Assembly (NCBI GenBank): GCA_041694815.1
Contig: JBGFSC010000029.1
Location: forward strand, 1-64,000
Reading direction: 5' to 3'
Source of the DNA: Elusimicrobiota bacterium
Lineage (GTDB): Bacteria > Elusimicrobiota > Elusimicrobia > UBA1565 > JACRDR01
DNA: 64,000 nucleotides
Of the stretch, positions 54,649 through 63,616 are shown in pieces (positions within the stretch are counted from its first letter, which is position 1; each line of letters begins with the position of its first letter). The position numbers and the translations under genes are program-made. Below the pieces are notes generated by a model, which ran no database searches, was not told the origin of the DNA, and saw only the letters and a list, made by a program, of their open reading frames with translations.

Positions 54649-55598
54649 GGCAGGCCGAGCGAGCGCAGCCGGGCGCGAAAATCCTGGGGAAGCGGCGCGG
54701 TGATCGTCAGGGGCGAGCCGGTGGCGGGGTGGCGCAATCGGAGCCGGCGCGCATGCAGCATCTGCCTCTCGGCTCCGAGCGAGGAGGCGTCTTCAGGCGC
54801 CCATGCATGCCGGCAGGCCTTGAGATAGAATTCGCCGCCGCCCGTATAGAGCTTATCTCCCACGACAGGGTGCCCGATCGCGGCGAGATGCACGCGGATC
54901 TGGTGCAGGCGTCCGGTGCGTGGGATCGCGCTCACGAGGCTGTGGTCTCCTGCGGCCGCCAAGCGCCGAAACTCCGTCGCCGCCGAAGCCCCCGCATCGG
55001 CGACCCGCTGGCGGACCTTGATCCCGAGTCCCTCCCTTCCCAAGGGCAGCTCCACGAGCCTTCTCGAAAAGGGGACGCGCCCCAGGACGATGGCGAGGTA
55101 CTGCTTGCGGACCAGGCGGCGGGTGAATTGCTCGGTCAAGTCGCGCGCCGTTCCCGCGTCCTTGGCCAGGAGCAGGACGCCGCTTGTCTCGCGGTCGAGC
55201 CGATGGGCCAGGCGCGGCGTCCATGCCGGGTGCTGGGCCTTGAGCACGGAGGTGACGCAATTGCGCAGCACCGTGTCGGTGGGGTGGCTGAGCATCCCCG
55301 CGGGCTTATTGACCGCCAGCAGCCAGGTATCCTCGTAAATGGGCGCCAGGCGCTCCTCGATGGGAGGAGCCTGCTGGCGCTGCGGGTAGCGTATCAGGAC
55401 GACGTCGCCGTGGCGGACACGGTCGGAGGACTCGGCGGTCTTCGAGCGTAGGAAAACCCGTCCCTGCGCGATGATGTCCTGGACCCGGCTGCGCGAATAA
55501 CCGCGGAGCCGGTCGGCGAGGAATCGGTCGAGGCGCAGCCCCGAGCGGGGCTTTTGGACCTCGAATGGAACCTCGACCCATCCGCCCGTCTCGCGCAT
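54636..55598 (-). CDS. RluA/RluD family pseudouridine synthase with S4 domain
   Basis: RLDRFL..SRS, NKPAGMLSHP, HRLDRETSG, TGRLHQIRVH, GD.LY, LHA. Confidence 0.95.
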   Translation of the reverse strand: MRETGGWVEVPFEVQKPRSGLRLDRFLADRLRGYSRSRVQDIIAQGRVFLRSKTAESSDRVRHGDVVLIRYPQRQQAPPIEERLAPIYEDTWLLAVNKPAGMLSHPTDTVLRNCVTSVLKAQHPAWTPRLAHRLDRETSGVLLLAKDAGTARDLTEQFTRRLVRKQYLAIVLGRVPFSRRLVELPLGREGLGIKVRQRVADAGASAATEFRRLAAAGDHSLVSAIPRTGRLHQIRVHLAAIGHPVVGDKLYTGGGEFYLKACRHAWAPEDASSLGAERQMLHARRLRLRHPATGSPLTITAPLPQDFRARLRSLGLPCPR

Positions 55599-55607
55599 GC
55601 TCGCCCC

Positions 55608-55630
55608 ATTGTATCAAAAGGTGATATACT
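55608..55630. promoter_or_regulatory. Divergent extended -10 promoters (rlu gene / TRL operon)
   Basis: Minus strand TGaTACAAT (-10 at 55608-55613), 9 nt before ATG 55598; plus strand TGaTATACT (-10 at 55625-55630), 7 nt before ATG 55638. Confidence 0.7.
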
Positions 55631-55637
55631 GGCGCCC

Positions 55638-55979
55638 ATGAAAGCGGCCTTTCTCGTCGCGATGGCGGCGGCTTTAAGCGGCTGCGGGCTGCTTTACACT
55701 AACGTGCGCCTGCCCCGCGCCTACCGCTCGGCCGCTCCCTCGGAGGTCAAGGGTTCCTCGGAGGACCGGATAGTGCACGGGGAGGCCTGCAATCGATCCA
55801 TCCTTTACTTGATCGCCTGGGGAGACGGGGGCTACGCGGCCGCCACGCGCGCCGCCCTCAAGGAAGAGCCGAACGGACTGCTCTACGACGTGAAGGCCGA
55901 CATTCATGGGACGACGATACTGCTGGGCCTTTATTCCAGGACTTGCACTGTCGTGACCGGCAAGGTGGCCAAGCCGTGA
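55638..55979 (+). CDS. TRL-like family small lipoprotein
   Basis: Lipobox LSGC; GLLYTNV..P, GEACNRSILYLIAWGDGG..AA, DVKAD...ILLGLYSRTCTVVTG. Confidence 0.8.
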   Translation: MKAAFLVAMAAALSGCGLLYTNVRLPRAYRSAAPSEVKGSSEDRIVHGEACNRSILYLIAWGDGGYAAATRAALKEEPNGLLYDVKADIHGTTILLGLYSRTCTVVTGKVAKP

Positions 55980-56401
55980 GGGCGGTTCTCGCCGCGGCCC
56001 TCTTGTCGGTGTCGCCCCTTCCCGCGGCGTGGGCGCAGGAGGCGGGGTCCGAGGCTCGCCGAGGGCTCATTTCGGTCAGCGGATTCCTCCTTTTCCGCAA
56101 CGCCCGGGGGCCTCTTTCCTACGTGTCGGAGGCAGCGCCCGCTTTGGGCGCCGAGACCCGCCCCGTTTTCGGCCGCGGCTGCCAGCATGGCCTTTCCATC
56201 CCGATCACCATGGCCGTGCGCGGCCCGCGCATCGCCGCGGCGGCGGGACGCGGGGGCTATGAGATCGCGCTCGCCAAGATACGCGAGGCTCACCCGGGAC
56301 TCAAAGGTTTATATGATATGAAGGTGGACGATCACGTGATCTCGGTATTGGGGATCTACCATCGCGTCTGCACGGAGATAAACGCGCGGGGTTTCTCATG
56401 A
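55976..56401 (+). CDS. Second TRL-like secreted protein (divergent paralog)
   Basis: GTG 55976; signal peptide; GRGCQHG...GRGGYEIAL...LYDMKVD...SVLGIYHRVCTEI parallels the upstream protein. Confidence 0.7.
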   Translation: MRAVLAAALLSVSPLPAAWAQEAGSEARRGLISVSGFLLFRNARGPLSYVSEAAPALGAETRPVFGRGCQHGLSIPITMAVRGPRIAAAAGRGGYEIALAKIREAHPGLKGLYDMKVDDHVISVLGIYHRVCTEINARGFS

Positions 56402-57123
56402 GCCAAGCCCAGGCCAAGGAAGCGCTCGACCTCGAGGAAAAGGGCGGCGTGCGCAACGGGGTTCGCCAATCGCTGGACCGGCGCCTTTTCATGCAGCTGC
56501 TGGCCTTCGGCGAGTGCCAGGACGCGGCGGCCGTGGCGTCGGCCTTGAGTCGAGAGAAATTCAAGGGGGTGCTCTACCTCGACGCCAACGACCCTCGGGG
56601 GATCGGCCTTTTGAGCTTCGACGAGGACCCGGACCATTTCGTCGGAGGGCTTCGCGAGCTGCTGCGCCGGCCGCCCATGGCCGCCTTGAGGCTCAAGCCC
56701 GAGTTCACGATGTTGGGGCGCAGCTACGCCATCGGCTACGAGCCGGACTTAGAGGATTGGCTCATACGGCGGCCCGCGCGCGTGGTGCTCGACCCCGCCC
56801 TCCCATGGGCGGTCTGGTACCCGCTGCGCCGCACGGGCGCCTTCTCCAAGCTGCCGCATGAGGAGCAGATGCAGGTGCTCAAGGAGCACGGCAATATCGG
56901 CCGTGCCTTCGGGGACGCGGGGCATGCGCAGGACATACGGCTCGCCTGCCACGGCTTGGACGCCAACGACAACGATTTCGTCATCGGGCTCCTAGGCCCG
57001 CGGCTCTACCCCCTTTCCGCCGTCGTGCAGGCCATGCGCAAGACCCGGCAGACTTCCGAGTTCATCGACAAGATGGGACCCTTCTTCGTCGGCAAGGCCT
57101 TGTGGAGAAGCCTCGCTTCTTGA
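56398..57123 (+). CDS. Chlorite dismutase-superfamily heme protein (ChdC/HemQ-like)
   Basis: WYPLRR, EHGNIGR (proximal His), GLDANDNDFVIGL, MRKT, GPFFVG. Confidence 0.8.
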   Translation: MSQAQAKEALDLEEKGGVRNGVRQSLDRRLFMQLLAFGECQDAAAVASALSREKFKGVLYLDANDPRGIGLLSFDEDPDHFVGGLRELLRRPPMAALRLKPEFTMLGRSYAIGYEPDLEDWLIRRPARVVLDPALPWAVWYPLRRTGAFSKLPHEEQMQVLKEHGNIGRAFGDAGHAQDIRLACHGLDANDNDFVIGLLGPRLYPLSAVVQAMRKTRQTSEFIDKMGPFFVGKALWRSLAS

Positions 57124-57368
57124 AGCCTTTGGCCGCGCTCGCGCTCTTTTCGGCCTGCCTCGCGGCCGCGGGATACGCGGCCACGGAGGTCAAGAAAAAG
57201 AAGGCCGCCGAGAGCCGCTACCGTTTCAAGATGGAGGGCCCCCGGCAAGTCTATCGCTTCGACGCCTCCGGCCGGCCGGTAGTGCCCGAGACGCCCAAGA
57301 AGAAAAAAAAGCCGCAGAAGAAGCGGCCGGCCACGGAGCCGGCGCCGCCGAGCGATGCCCAACCGTAA
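57102..57368 (+). CDS. Small secreted Lys-rich hypothetical protein
   Basis: Signal-peptide-like N-terminus, poly-Lys patches, overlaps both neighbours. Confidence 0.55.
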   Translation: MEKPRFLKPLAALALFSACLAAAGYAATEVKKKKAAESRYRFKMEGPRQVYRFDASGRPVVPETPKKKKKPQKKRPATEPAPPSDAQP

Positions 57369-57537
57369 GCGCGCCTACCGCTGGCTGCTGTTCGTCGCGG
57401 CCCTGCTGTGTTTCTTTTACGTCGTGTTCGTCGATCACGCCTGGCCGGGCGTGATCTGCTTCTTCCTCTTCGGCGGCGCCTGGTACTTCCTCGAACAGCG
57501 CAAGACCCGCGAGCTCGACGCCCCGGCGCCGAAATAG
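57355..57537 (+). CDS. Small 2-TM hypothetical protein
   Basis: 60 aa, two hydrophobic helices, operon-like spacing. Confidence 0.55.
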   Translation: MPNRKRAYRWLLFVAALLCFFYVVFVDHAWPGVICFFLFGGAWYFLEQRKTRELDAPAPK

Positions 57538-57541
57538 CGCG

Positions 57542-59377
57542 ATGAGGACGTGGGCGCTCGCGCTTTTGATCTCTGCCGCGACTTTCGTCGCGTACGCGCC
57601 CTGTTTGAACGGCGAATTCGTATGGGACGACGGGCTTTTCGCGGGCAATCCCACGCTGGGCGAGCCCGGAGGGTTGAAAAAAATCTGGACCCTGGGAAGT
57701 TCGGAGACCTACTACTACCGCGCCTACCCGCTCACCTACAGCCTCTACTGGCTCCAGCGGCAGCTTTGGGGCCTGAGTCCCTTCGGCTTCCACTGCGTCA
57801 ACGTCGCCCTGCATGCCGTCAACGCCGTTTTATCGGGGCTGCTCTTCGTCCGCCTCCGATTGCCGGGAGCCTGGCTCGCGGCGGCCATTTTCGCCCTTCA
57901 CCCCGTGCATGTCGAGTCGGTGGCGTGGATCTCCGAGCTGCGTAACGTGCTACACGTCGCCTTCTACCTCTTGGCCCTGTTCGCCTACCTACGCTACGAG
58001 GAAGGAGGCGGGAGGCGCTGGTACCTATGTTCCCTCCTCTTGTTCCTGGGGTCCTTGTTGTCGAAAATCGTCGCCTGTACCTTCCCGATAGCCCTGATGC
58101 TGCTTGAGTGGCGCCGATCGGGAAAGCCGAAGCCGTCTCAAATGCTGCGCATCGCTCCCTTTTTCCTCTTGGCCGGGGCCGTCGGCCTTTACGCCATGTG
58201 GGCCGAGCGATTGGTATTCAGCGTCGAGCCGTATCGGGCCGAGTTCAACCTGTCATGGGCCCAGAAGCTGATCCTGGCGGGCCGCGCGCTCTGGTTCTAC
58301 CCCGGCAAGCTGCTCTGGCCTAGCGATCTGGCCTTCAGCTACGGGCTTTGGGAATTAGAGCCGAAGGCGCTCGGTTCCTGGGTCCCGCTGGCGGCCGCTG
58401 GCCTGATCGGACTCTGGCTGGCCGCCTCCCGCCGACGCGATGCCGCCTTGGCCCTCGCCTTCTACGCCGCGACGATTGCTCCCGTGCTCGGGTTCATCAA
58501 GATTTATACCCATCGCTATAGCTACGTCGCGGACCACTATCAATATTTGGCCAGCCTGGGCCTCATCCTCCTGACGGTCGGCTCCGCGCGGCTCCTGCTG
58601 CAAAAAGCCGGCGATGGGGTCCGGCGCGCGGCCGCGACCCTTGTGCTCGCCGCTTTGGCCTCGGCGACCTGGCGGCAGGCGCACGCCTACCGGAACGCCG
58701 AGGCGCTGTGGCGGCATACGATCCGCGGCGCGCCGGGAGCATTCATGGCCCACGTCCATCTCGGCTCGATACTCATGCGACAGGGGCGCGCGGAGGAAGC
58801 GGCCCAGCACTATCGCGAGGCCGCTCGGCTCAACCCCAATTTCGAGGGGGCCCATTACGGGTTGGGCATCTACGCACTGCAGCGCGGTAGGCGCGAGGAG
58901 GCCCTCCGGCGATTTAAGCGCGCGTTGGAGATACATCCCGCCTTTTGGGCCGCCGCCCAGGCCCTCCAGTCCTTGGGTCGCCTGGACCTCGCGCTCGGCG
59001 CCACCTCGCGCGCCGCGCGGCTCTTTCCGGGAGTGGCCGGGGTGCGCAACAACCACGCTATCCTCTTGATGCACGCCGGTCGGCTCGCGGAGGCGCAGGC
59101 CGAGAGCCGCGAGGCGCTGCGTTTGGACCCGTCCCTGGCGGCCGCGCACAACGTCGCCGGGATGCTCGCCGCCCGCCGCGGGGCCTTCGAGGAGGCGGCC
59201 GGGCATTGGTCGAGGGCGCTTAAGCTTAAGCCCGATTTCGCCGACGCGCATGTGCATCTGGGAATGGCCCTTTTGCGCAGGGGCAGGAAGGACATGGCCG
59301 CGGCCCATTTCCGGGCCGCCCTGAGGGTAGACCCGGGGCATGAGGCCGCCCGAAAGGGCCTGGAGATGCTAAAATGA
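57542..59377 (+). CDS. TMTC-like GT-C membrane protein with C-terminal TPRs (putative protein O-mannosyltransferase)
   Basis: GEFVWDD, YYRAYPL, FHCVNVALH, FALHPVHVESVAWISE, ADHYQY, then multiple TPRs. Confidence 0.85.
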   Translation: MRTWALALLISAATFVAYAPCLNGEFVWDDGLFAGNPTLGEPGGLKKIWTLGSSETYYYRAYPLTYSLYWLQRQLWGLSPFGFHCVNVALHAVNAVLSGLLFVRLRLPGAWLAAAIFALHPVHVESVAWISELRNVLHVAFYLLALFAYLRYEEGGGRRWYLCSLLLFLGSLLSKIVACTFPIALMLLEWRRSGKPKPSQMLRIAPFFLLAGAVGLYAMWAERLVFSVEPYRAEFNLSWAQKLILAGRALWFYPGKLLWPSDLAFSYGLWELEPKALGSWVPLAAAGLIGLWLAASRRRDAALALAFYAATIAPVLGFIKIYTHRYSYVADHYQYLASLGLILLTVGSARLLLQKAGDGVRRAAATLVLAALASATWRQAHAYRNAEALWRHTIRGAPGAFMAHVHLGSILMRQGRAEEAAQHYREAARLNPNFEGAHYGLGIYALQRGRREEALRRFKRALEIHPAFWAAAQALQSLGRLDLALGATSRAARLFPGVAGVRNNHAILLMHAGRLAEAQAESREALRLDPSLAAAHNVAGMLAARRGAFEEAAGHWSRALKLKPDFADAHVHLGMALLRRGRKDMAAAHFRAALRVDPGHEAARKGLEMLK

Positions 59378-62300
59378 TCAGCCTAATGCCGCGCCTCATA
59401 GCCGTTTTTCTCCTAATTCCCCTGGCCATCCCGGCCGCGGCGGAGCTTTCCGAGAAAGAGCGCGCCGTCAGCGAGCGGCTTCGGGCGATGGAGGCGTTGA
59501 CGCTCGACGACTGGCGCATACGCGAGGCCGAGGGCCCGCATCTGGAGGACCCGGAGCTCGACGATTCCTCCTGGTCCCCTCTGCGCCTCCATCAGCGATG
59601 GCCCGCCGGCACGTTCTGGCTGCGCCGGTGGGTCGAGATTCCCGCCACGATGGGCGGCTATGACGTGCGCGGCTCCCGGCTGAGGCTGGATCTCGGCATC
59701 GGCAGCGAGGATGATCTACAGCTGCGCGTGTTTTTCAACGGCTCCGAGGTCGCCGTGGGTGACGATCGCATCGAGCCGATATTGCTCGCCGCGCGGGCCG
59801 AGCCGGGCAAGAAGATCTTGGTCGCCGTCAAGGCGATCAGCCGCGCGCAGGGACGCATCCGCCTCTCCGGCGAGCCGAATTTCATGCATCGAGCCCAGAT
59901 ACTCGCGCAGGCGCCGGCCGGCCGTCCGGACCCCGGGTCATTTAGGGCCGAATTGCTCTCGGCGCAGGCGCTCGTGGCCGCCTTTCCCGACCCCGAACGC
60001 CAGAAGCGATTAGACGCGGCGTTCGGAGCCGTCGATTTTTCTTTGATTGAGAAAGGAGATCAGGCCGGCTTCGAGAATTCGCTGCGCTCGGCCCGCGCCG
60101 AACTGGAGGCTCTTAAGCCCTGGATCCGCGGCTTCTCCATCCGCGCCGTCGGCAACGCCCATATCGACATGGCCTGGCTGTGGCCTTGGACCGAGACCGT
60201 GGAGGTCGTGCGCAACACCTTCGGGACGGCCTTGCAGCTCATGCGCGAGTATCCAGACTTCGTCTTCGCGGCCTCCTCCGCTCGGGCCTTCGCCTGGCTC
60301 GAGGAGAAATACCCGCCCCTGTTCGAGGATATTCGCCGCCGCGTCCGGGAGGGACGCTTCGAGGTGGTCGGCGGCATGTGGGTCGAACCGGACCTCAACA
60401 TGCCCGATGGGGAATCCCTGGTCCGCCAGCTCTTGGTCGGCAAGCGCTATTTCCGGGAGAAGCTCGGCGTCGACGTGCGCGTGGGGTGGAACCCGGATTC
60501 CTTCGGCTACAGCTGGCAGCTGCCGCAGATCTATAAGAAGTCGGGCATCGACTATTTCCTGACCCAGAAGATGGCTTGGAACGACACGAACCAGTTTCCG
60601 CACAAGCTGTTCTGGTGGCAGTCTCCGGACGGCAGCCGGGTGCTGACCTTCTTCCCGCACGATTACGTCAATTTCATCGACCCCGTGCGTATGGCCAATA
60701 CCCTGGCCCACTACGCTCCCAAGACGGGGTCCAAGGAGCTGCTGCATCTCTACGGTGTGGGCGACCATGGGGGAGGCGCGACCCGCGCGATGCTCGACGA
60801 CGCGCGGCGCTGGCAGGATCCCGGCGCGATATACCCGAGGCTTCAGCTCGGCACCGCCTTGGGATTCTTCGACGATTTACGAAAGAAGTCCTTCGGCATG
60901 GACATCCCCGTCTGGAACAGCGAGCTTTACTTCGAATACCACCGGGGGGTGCTGACCACGCAGGCCCAGACCAAGCGGCGCATACGCCGCAGCGAGGCGG
61001 CCCTGCTCGACGCCGAGAAATTCTCCTCGCTGGCCTCGCTTTACGGGCGCGCGTATCCGCAAGCCGGATTCGAGCAGTCATGGAAAAGGGTTCTCTTCGA
61101 CCATTTCCATGACATCATGCCCGGTTCCGGTATCGCGGTGAACTACGTCGACTCGGCGGAGAACCTCGAGGCCGCGCAGCGCCAGGCCGAGGACGCGCTG
61201 CGCGCTGGCCTGGAGGAACTGGCGGGTCGCATCGATACTCGGGGGTTGGGCGAGCCACTGATCGTCTTTAATCCCCTCGCCTGGGAGCGTACCGACGTGG
61301 TGGAAACGGAGATTCCTTTTCCCGCCGACGCCAGCGATATCGAGGTTCAGGACGGTTCGGGCCGGCCCGTGCCCGCGGAGCTTGTCTCGCGCAATCCCGC
61401 CAGGCATCGGGCCACCCTCCGGTTCATCGCCCCCAAGATTCCTTCCTTGGGATATTCCGTATTCCATGCGGTGGCCGCCACGAAGGCCCGAGCGGCCGCC
61501 ACCGGCCTCTCGGCGAACGGTTTTACGCTGGAAAACGAATTCCTCCGCGTCGTTGTCGATCCCAAAACCGGATGCATCCGCTCTATCTTCGACAAGATGG
61601 CGCGGCAGGAGGCGCTGGCCCCCGGCGCCTGCGGCAACCAGCTACAGGCTTTTTACGACAAGCCCAAGGACTGGGACGCGTGGAACATAGACGCCGACTT
61701 CGAGAAGCAGAAATGGGAGCTGAGCAGCCCCGAATCGGTGGAGCTGGTCGAAAACGGCAGGACCCGCGCCGCCATCCGGGTCGTGCAACGTTTCCAAAAA
61801 TCGCGCTTCGTGCAGGATATCGCCCTCTACCCGCAGATCCCGCGGGTGGACGTCTCGATGCAGGCCGACTGGAACGAGAAACACATTCTGCTTAAGGTTG
61901 CCTTCCCCGTTTCCGTGTCTACGGGCAGCGCCACCTACGAGATCCCATTCGGGAGCATCGAGCGGCCCACTACGCGGCGGGATTCCATCGAGAAGGCGAA
62001 ATTCGAGGTCGCGGCGCTGCGCTGGGCCGACCTCTCGGACGAACGCCACGGCCTGAGCCTGCTCAACGACAGCAAGTACGGCTACGACGGCAAGGACAAT
62101 GTCCTGCGCCTCAGCCTGCTGCGATCTCCCGAGTGGCCCGACCCGCATGCCGACGAGGGGCGGCATCGCTTTACTTATGCGCTTTATCCGCATGCCGGCG
62201 GCTGGAGGCAGGCCCATACCGTCCGACGCGGCTACGAGCTTAACGTTCCCCTGCTGGCCGCCCGCGAGCAGGCCCACGAGGGCGCTCTGCCTCCCTCCCA

Positions 62301-62568
62301 TTCCTTTGTGTCGCTCTCGCCCGATCCCGTCGTGCTTACGACGTTGAAGAAGGCCGAGGACGGCGACGAGCTTGTATTCCGTTTCTACGAGTCCCAGGGG
62401 AACGCGTCGGAAGTGACGTTGAACCTGCCTCCCGGCGCCGTGCGCGCCCACGAAATCGACCTGATGGAGCGCGAATGGCGCTCCTTGCCGCTGTCGGCGG
62501 GCTCGCTGAGGCTGCCGATTGGCGCCTGGGAGATCAAAAGTGTCAAGGTGGGCTTTGGGACTCGCTGA
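59374..62568 (+). CDS. Secreted alpha-mannosidase (GH38)
   Basis: GNAHIDMAWLWP, GGMWVEPD, WNPDSFGY, YGVGDHGGG, ELYFEYHRG, FHDIMPGS; signal peptide. Confidence 0.95.
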   Translation: MISLMPRLIAVFLLIPLAIPAAAELSEKERAVSERLRAMEALTLDDWRIREAEGPHLEDPELDDSSWSPLRLHQRWPAGTFWLRRWVEIPATMGGYDVRGSRLRLDLGIGSEDDLQLRVFFNGSEVAVGDDRIEPILLAARAEPGKKILVAVKAISRAQGRIRLSGEPNFMHRAQILAQAPAGRPDPGSFRAELLSAQALVAAFPDPERQKRLDAAFGAVDFSLIEKGDQAGFENSLRSARAELEALKPWIRGFSIRAVGNAHIDMAWLWPWTETVEVVRNTFGTALQLMREYPDFVFAASSARAFAWLEEKYPPLFEDIRRRVREGRFEVVGGMWVEPDLNMPDGESLVRQLLVGKRYFREKLGVDVRVGWNPDSFGYSWQLPQIYKKSGIDYFLTQKMAWNDTNQFPHKLFWWQSPDGSRVLTFFPHDYVNFIDPVRMANTLAHYAPKTGSKELLHLYGVGDHGGGATRAMLDDARRWQDPGAIYPRLQLGTALGFFDDLRKKSFGMDIPVWNSELYFEYHRGVLTTQAQTKRRIRRSEAALLDAEKFSSLASLYGRAYPQAGFEQSWKRVLFDHFHDIMPGSGIAVNYVDSAENLEAAQRQAEDALRAGLEELAGRIDTRGLGEPLIVFNPLAWERTDVVETEIPFPADASDIEVQDGSGRPVPAELVSRNPARHRATLRFIAPKIPSLGYSVFHAVAATKARAAATGLSANGFTLENEFLRVVVDPKTGCIRSIFDKMARQEALAPGACGNQLQAFYDKPKDWDAWNIDADFEKQKWELSSPESVELVENGRTRAAIRVVQRFQKSRFVQDIALYPQIPRVDVSMQADWNEKHILLKVAFPVSVSTGSATYEIPFGSIERPTTRRDSIEKAKFEVAALRWADLSDERHGLSLLNDSKYGYDGKDNVLRLSLLRSPEWPDPHADEGRHRFTYALYPHAGGWRQAHTVRRGYELNVPLLAAREQAHEGALPPSHSFVSLSPDPVVLTTLKKAEDGDELVFRFYESQGNASEVTLNLPPGAVRAHEIDLMEREWRSLPLSAGSLRLPIGAWEIKSVKVGFGTR

Positions 62569-63616
62569 CGCGTTGAGCCCCCGCAACGCCCTCGTCGTCG
62601 CCTCTCTGCTGCTCAGCGCGGCGATCGGCTGGGTATTCTCGCGCGGCGGCGCGCGCCAGGAAAGCCGGCGCGAGCGCCCGCTGATCGGCTTTTCGATGGA
62701 CACGCTCAAGGAGGAGCACTGGCCCATCGACAAGGAGCTCTTCTCGCGCAAGGTACGGGAGCTCGGCGCCGACGTGCTGGTGCAGGCGGCCAACAGCGAC
62801 GACACCCGGCAGATCCAGGACATTGAGGCCCTCATCAGCCGCAAGGTGGACGTGCTGGTGATCGTGCCGCACAACGCCGCCGCGATGGCCAAGGGCGTGC
62901 GGCTCGCGCACGCAGCCGGCATCCCCGTCATCGCCTACGACCGGCTCATCACCGGCGTCGATCTTGACCTCTATGTCACCTTCGATTCGGTCAAGGTGGG
63001 GCGAGAGCAGGCGCGCTATCTCGTTGAATCCTTCCAGGGCAAGGGCAAGAAGAAATTGGTCCGGGTATTGGGCGCCAAAACGGACAACAATGTCATCATG
63101 GTCAAGCGGGGGCAGGACAGCGTGCTGGCTCCGGCGATCGAGCGCGGCGAGATCGAGATCGTGCATGAGGATTGGGCCGAGGATTGGAAACCCGAGAACG
63201 CCAAGAAGATTGTTCAGGCGGCCGTAACCCGGCTCGGGCCAAATTTCGACGCGGTGCTGGCGGCCAACGACGGCACAGCCGGTGGGGCCGTCCAGGCTCT
63301 CCTCGAGGACGGACTCGCGGGCAAGGTGCTCGTGACGGGCCAGGACGCGGAACTGGCCGCCTGCCAGAGGATTGTCGGCGGCACCCAGTCGATGACGGTG
63401 TACAAGCCGATCAAGGCCCTGGCGGATCTGGCCGCGGAGATGGCCGTGCGCATGGCGCGGGGCCGGCCCATCGTCGTGAAAGAGGAGATCGACAACGGTT
63501 TCGCCAAGATCCCCGCGGTATTCGTGCCCGTGCACGCCGTTACCAAGCAGAATATGCTCGAGACCGTAGTCCGCGACGGCTACCACGCCCGCAGCGACGT
63601 CTACCGTGCCCGCTGA
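62519..63616 (+). CDS. xylF: Sugar ABC transporter substrate-binding protein (XylF-like); start uncertain (62519-62573)
   Basis: IGFSMDTLKEEHW, VIAYDRLI, TDNN, ANDGTAGG, TGQDA, TVYKP. Confidence 0.85.
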   Translation: MAPGRSKVSRWALGLADALSPRNALVVASLLLSAAIGWVFSRGGARQESRRERPLIGFSMDTLKEEHWPIDKELFSRKVRELGADVLVQAANSDDTRQIQDIEALISRKVDVLVIVPHNAAAMAKGVRLAHAAGIPVIAYDRLITGVDLDLYVTFDSVKVGREQARYLVESFQGKGKKKLVRVLGAKTDNNVIMVKRGQDSVLAPAIERGEIEIVHEDWAEDWKPENAKKIVQAAVTRLGPNFDAVLAANDGTAGGAVQALLEDGLAGKVLVTGQDAELAACQRIVGGTQSMTVYKPIKALADLAAEMAVRMARGRPIVVKEEIDNGFAKIPAVFVPVHAVTKQNMLETVVRDGYHARSDVYRAR

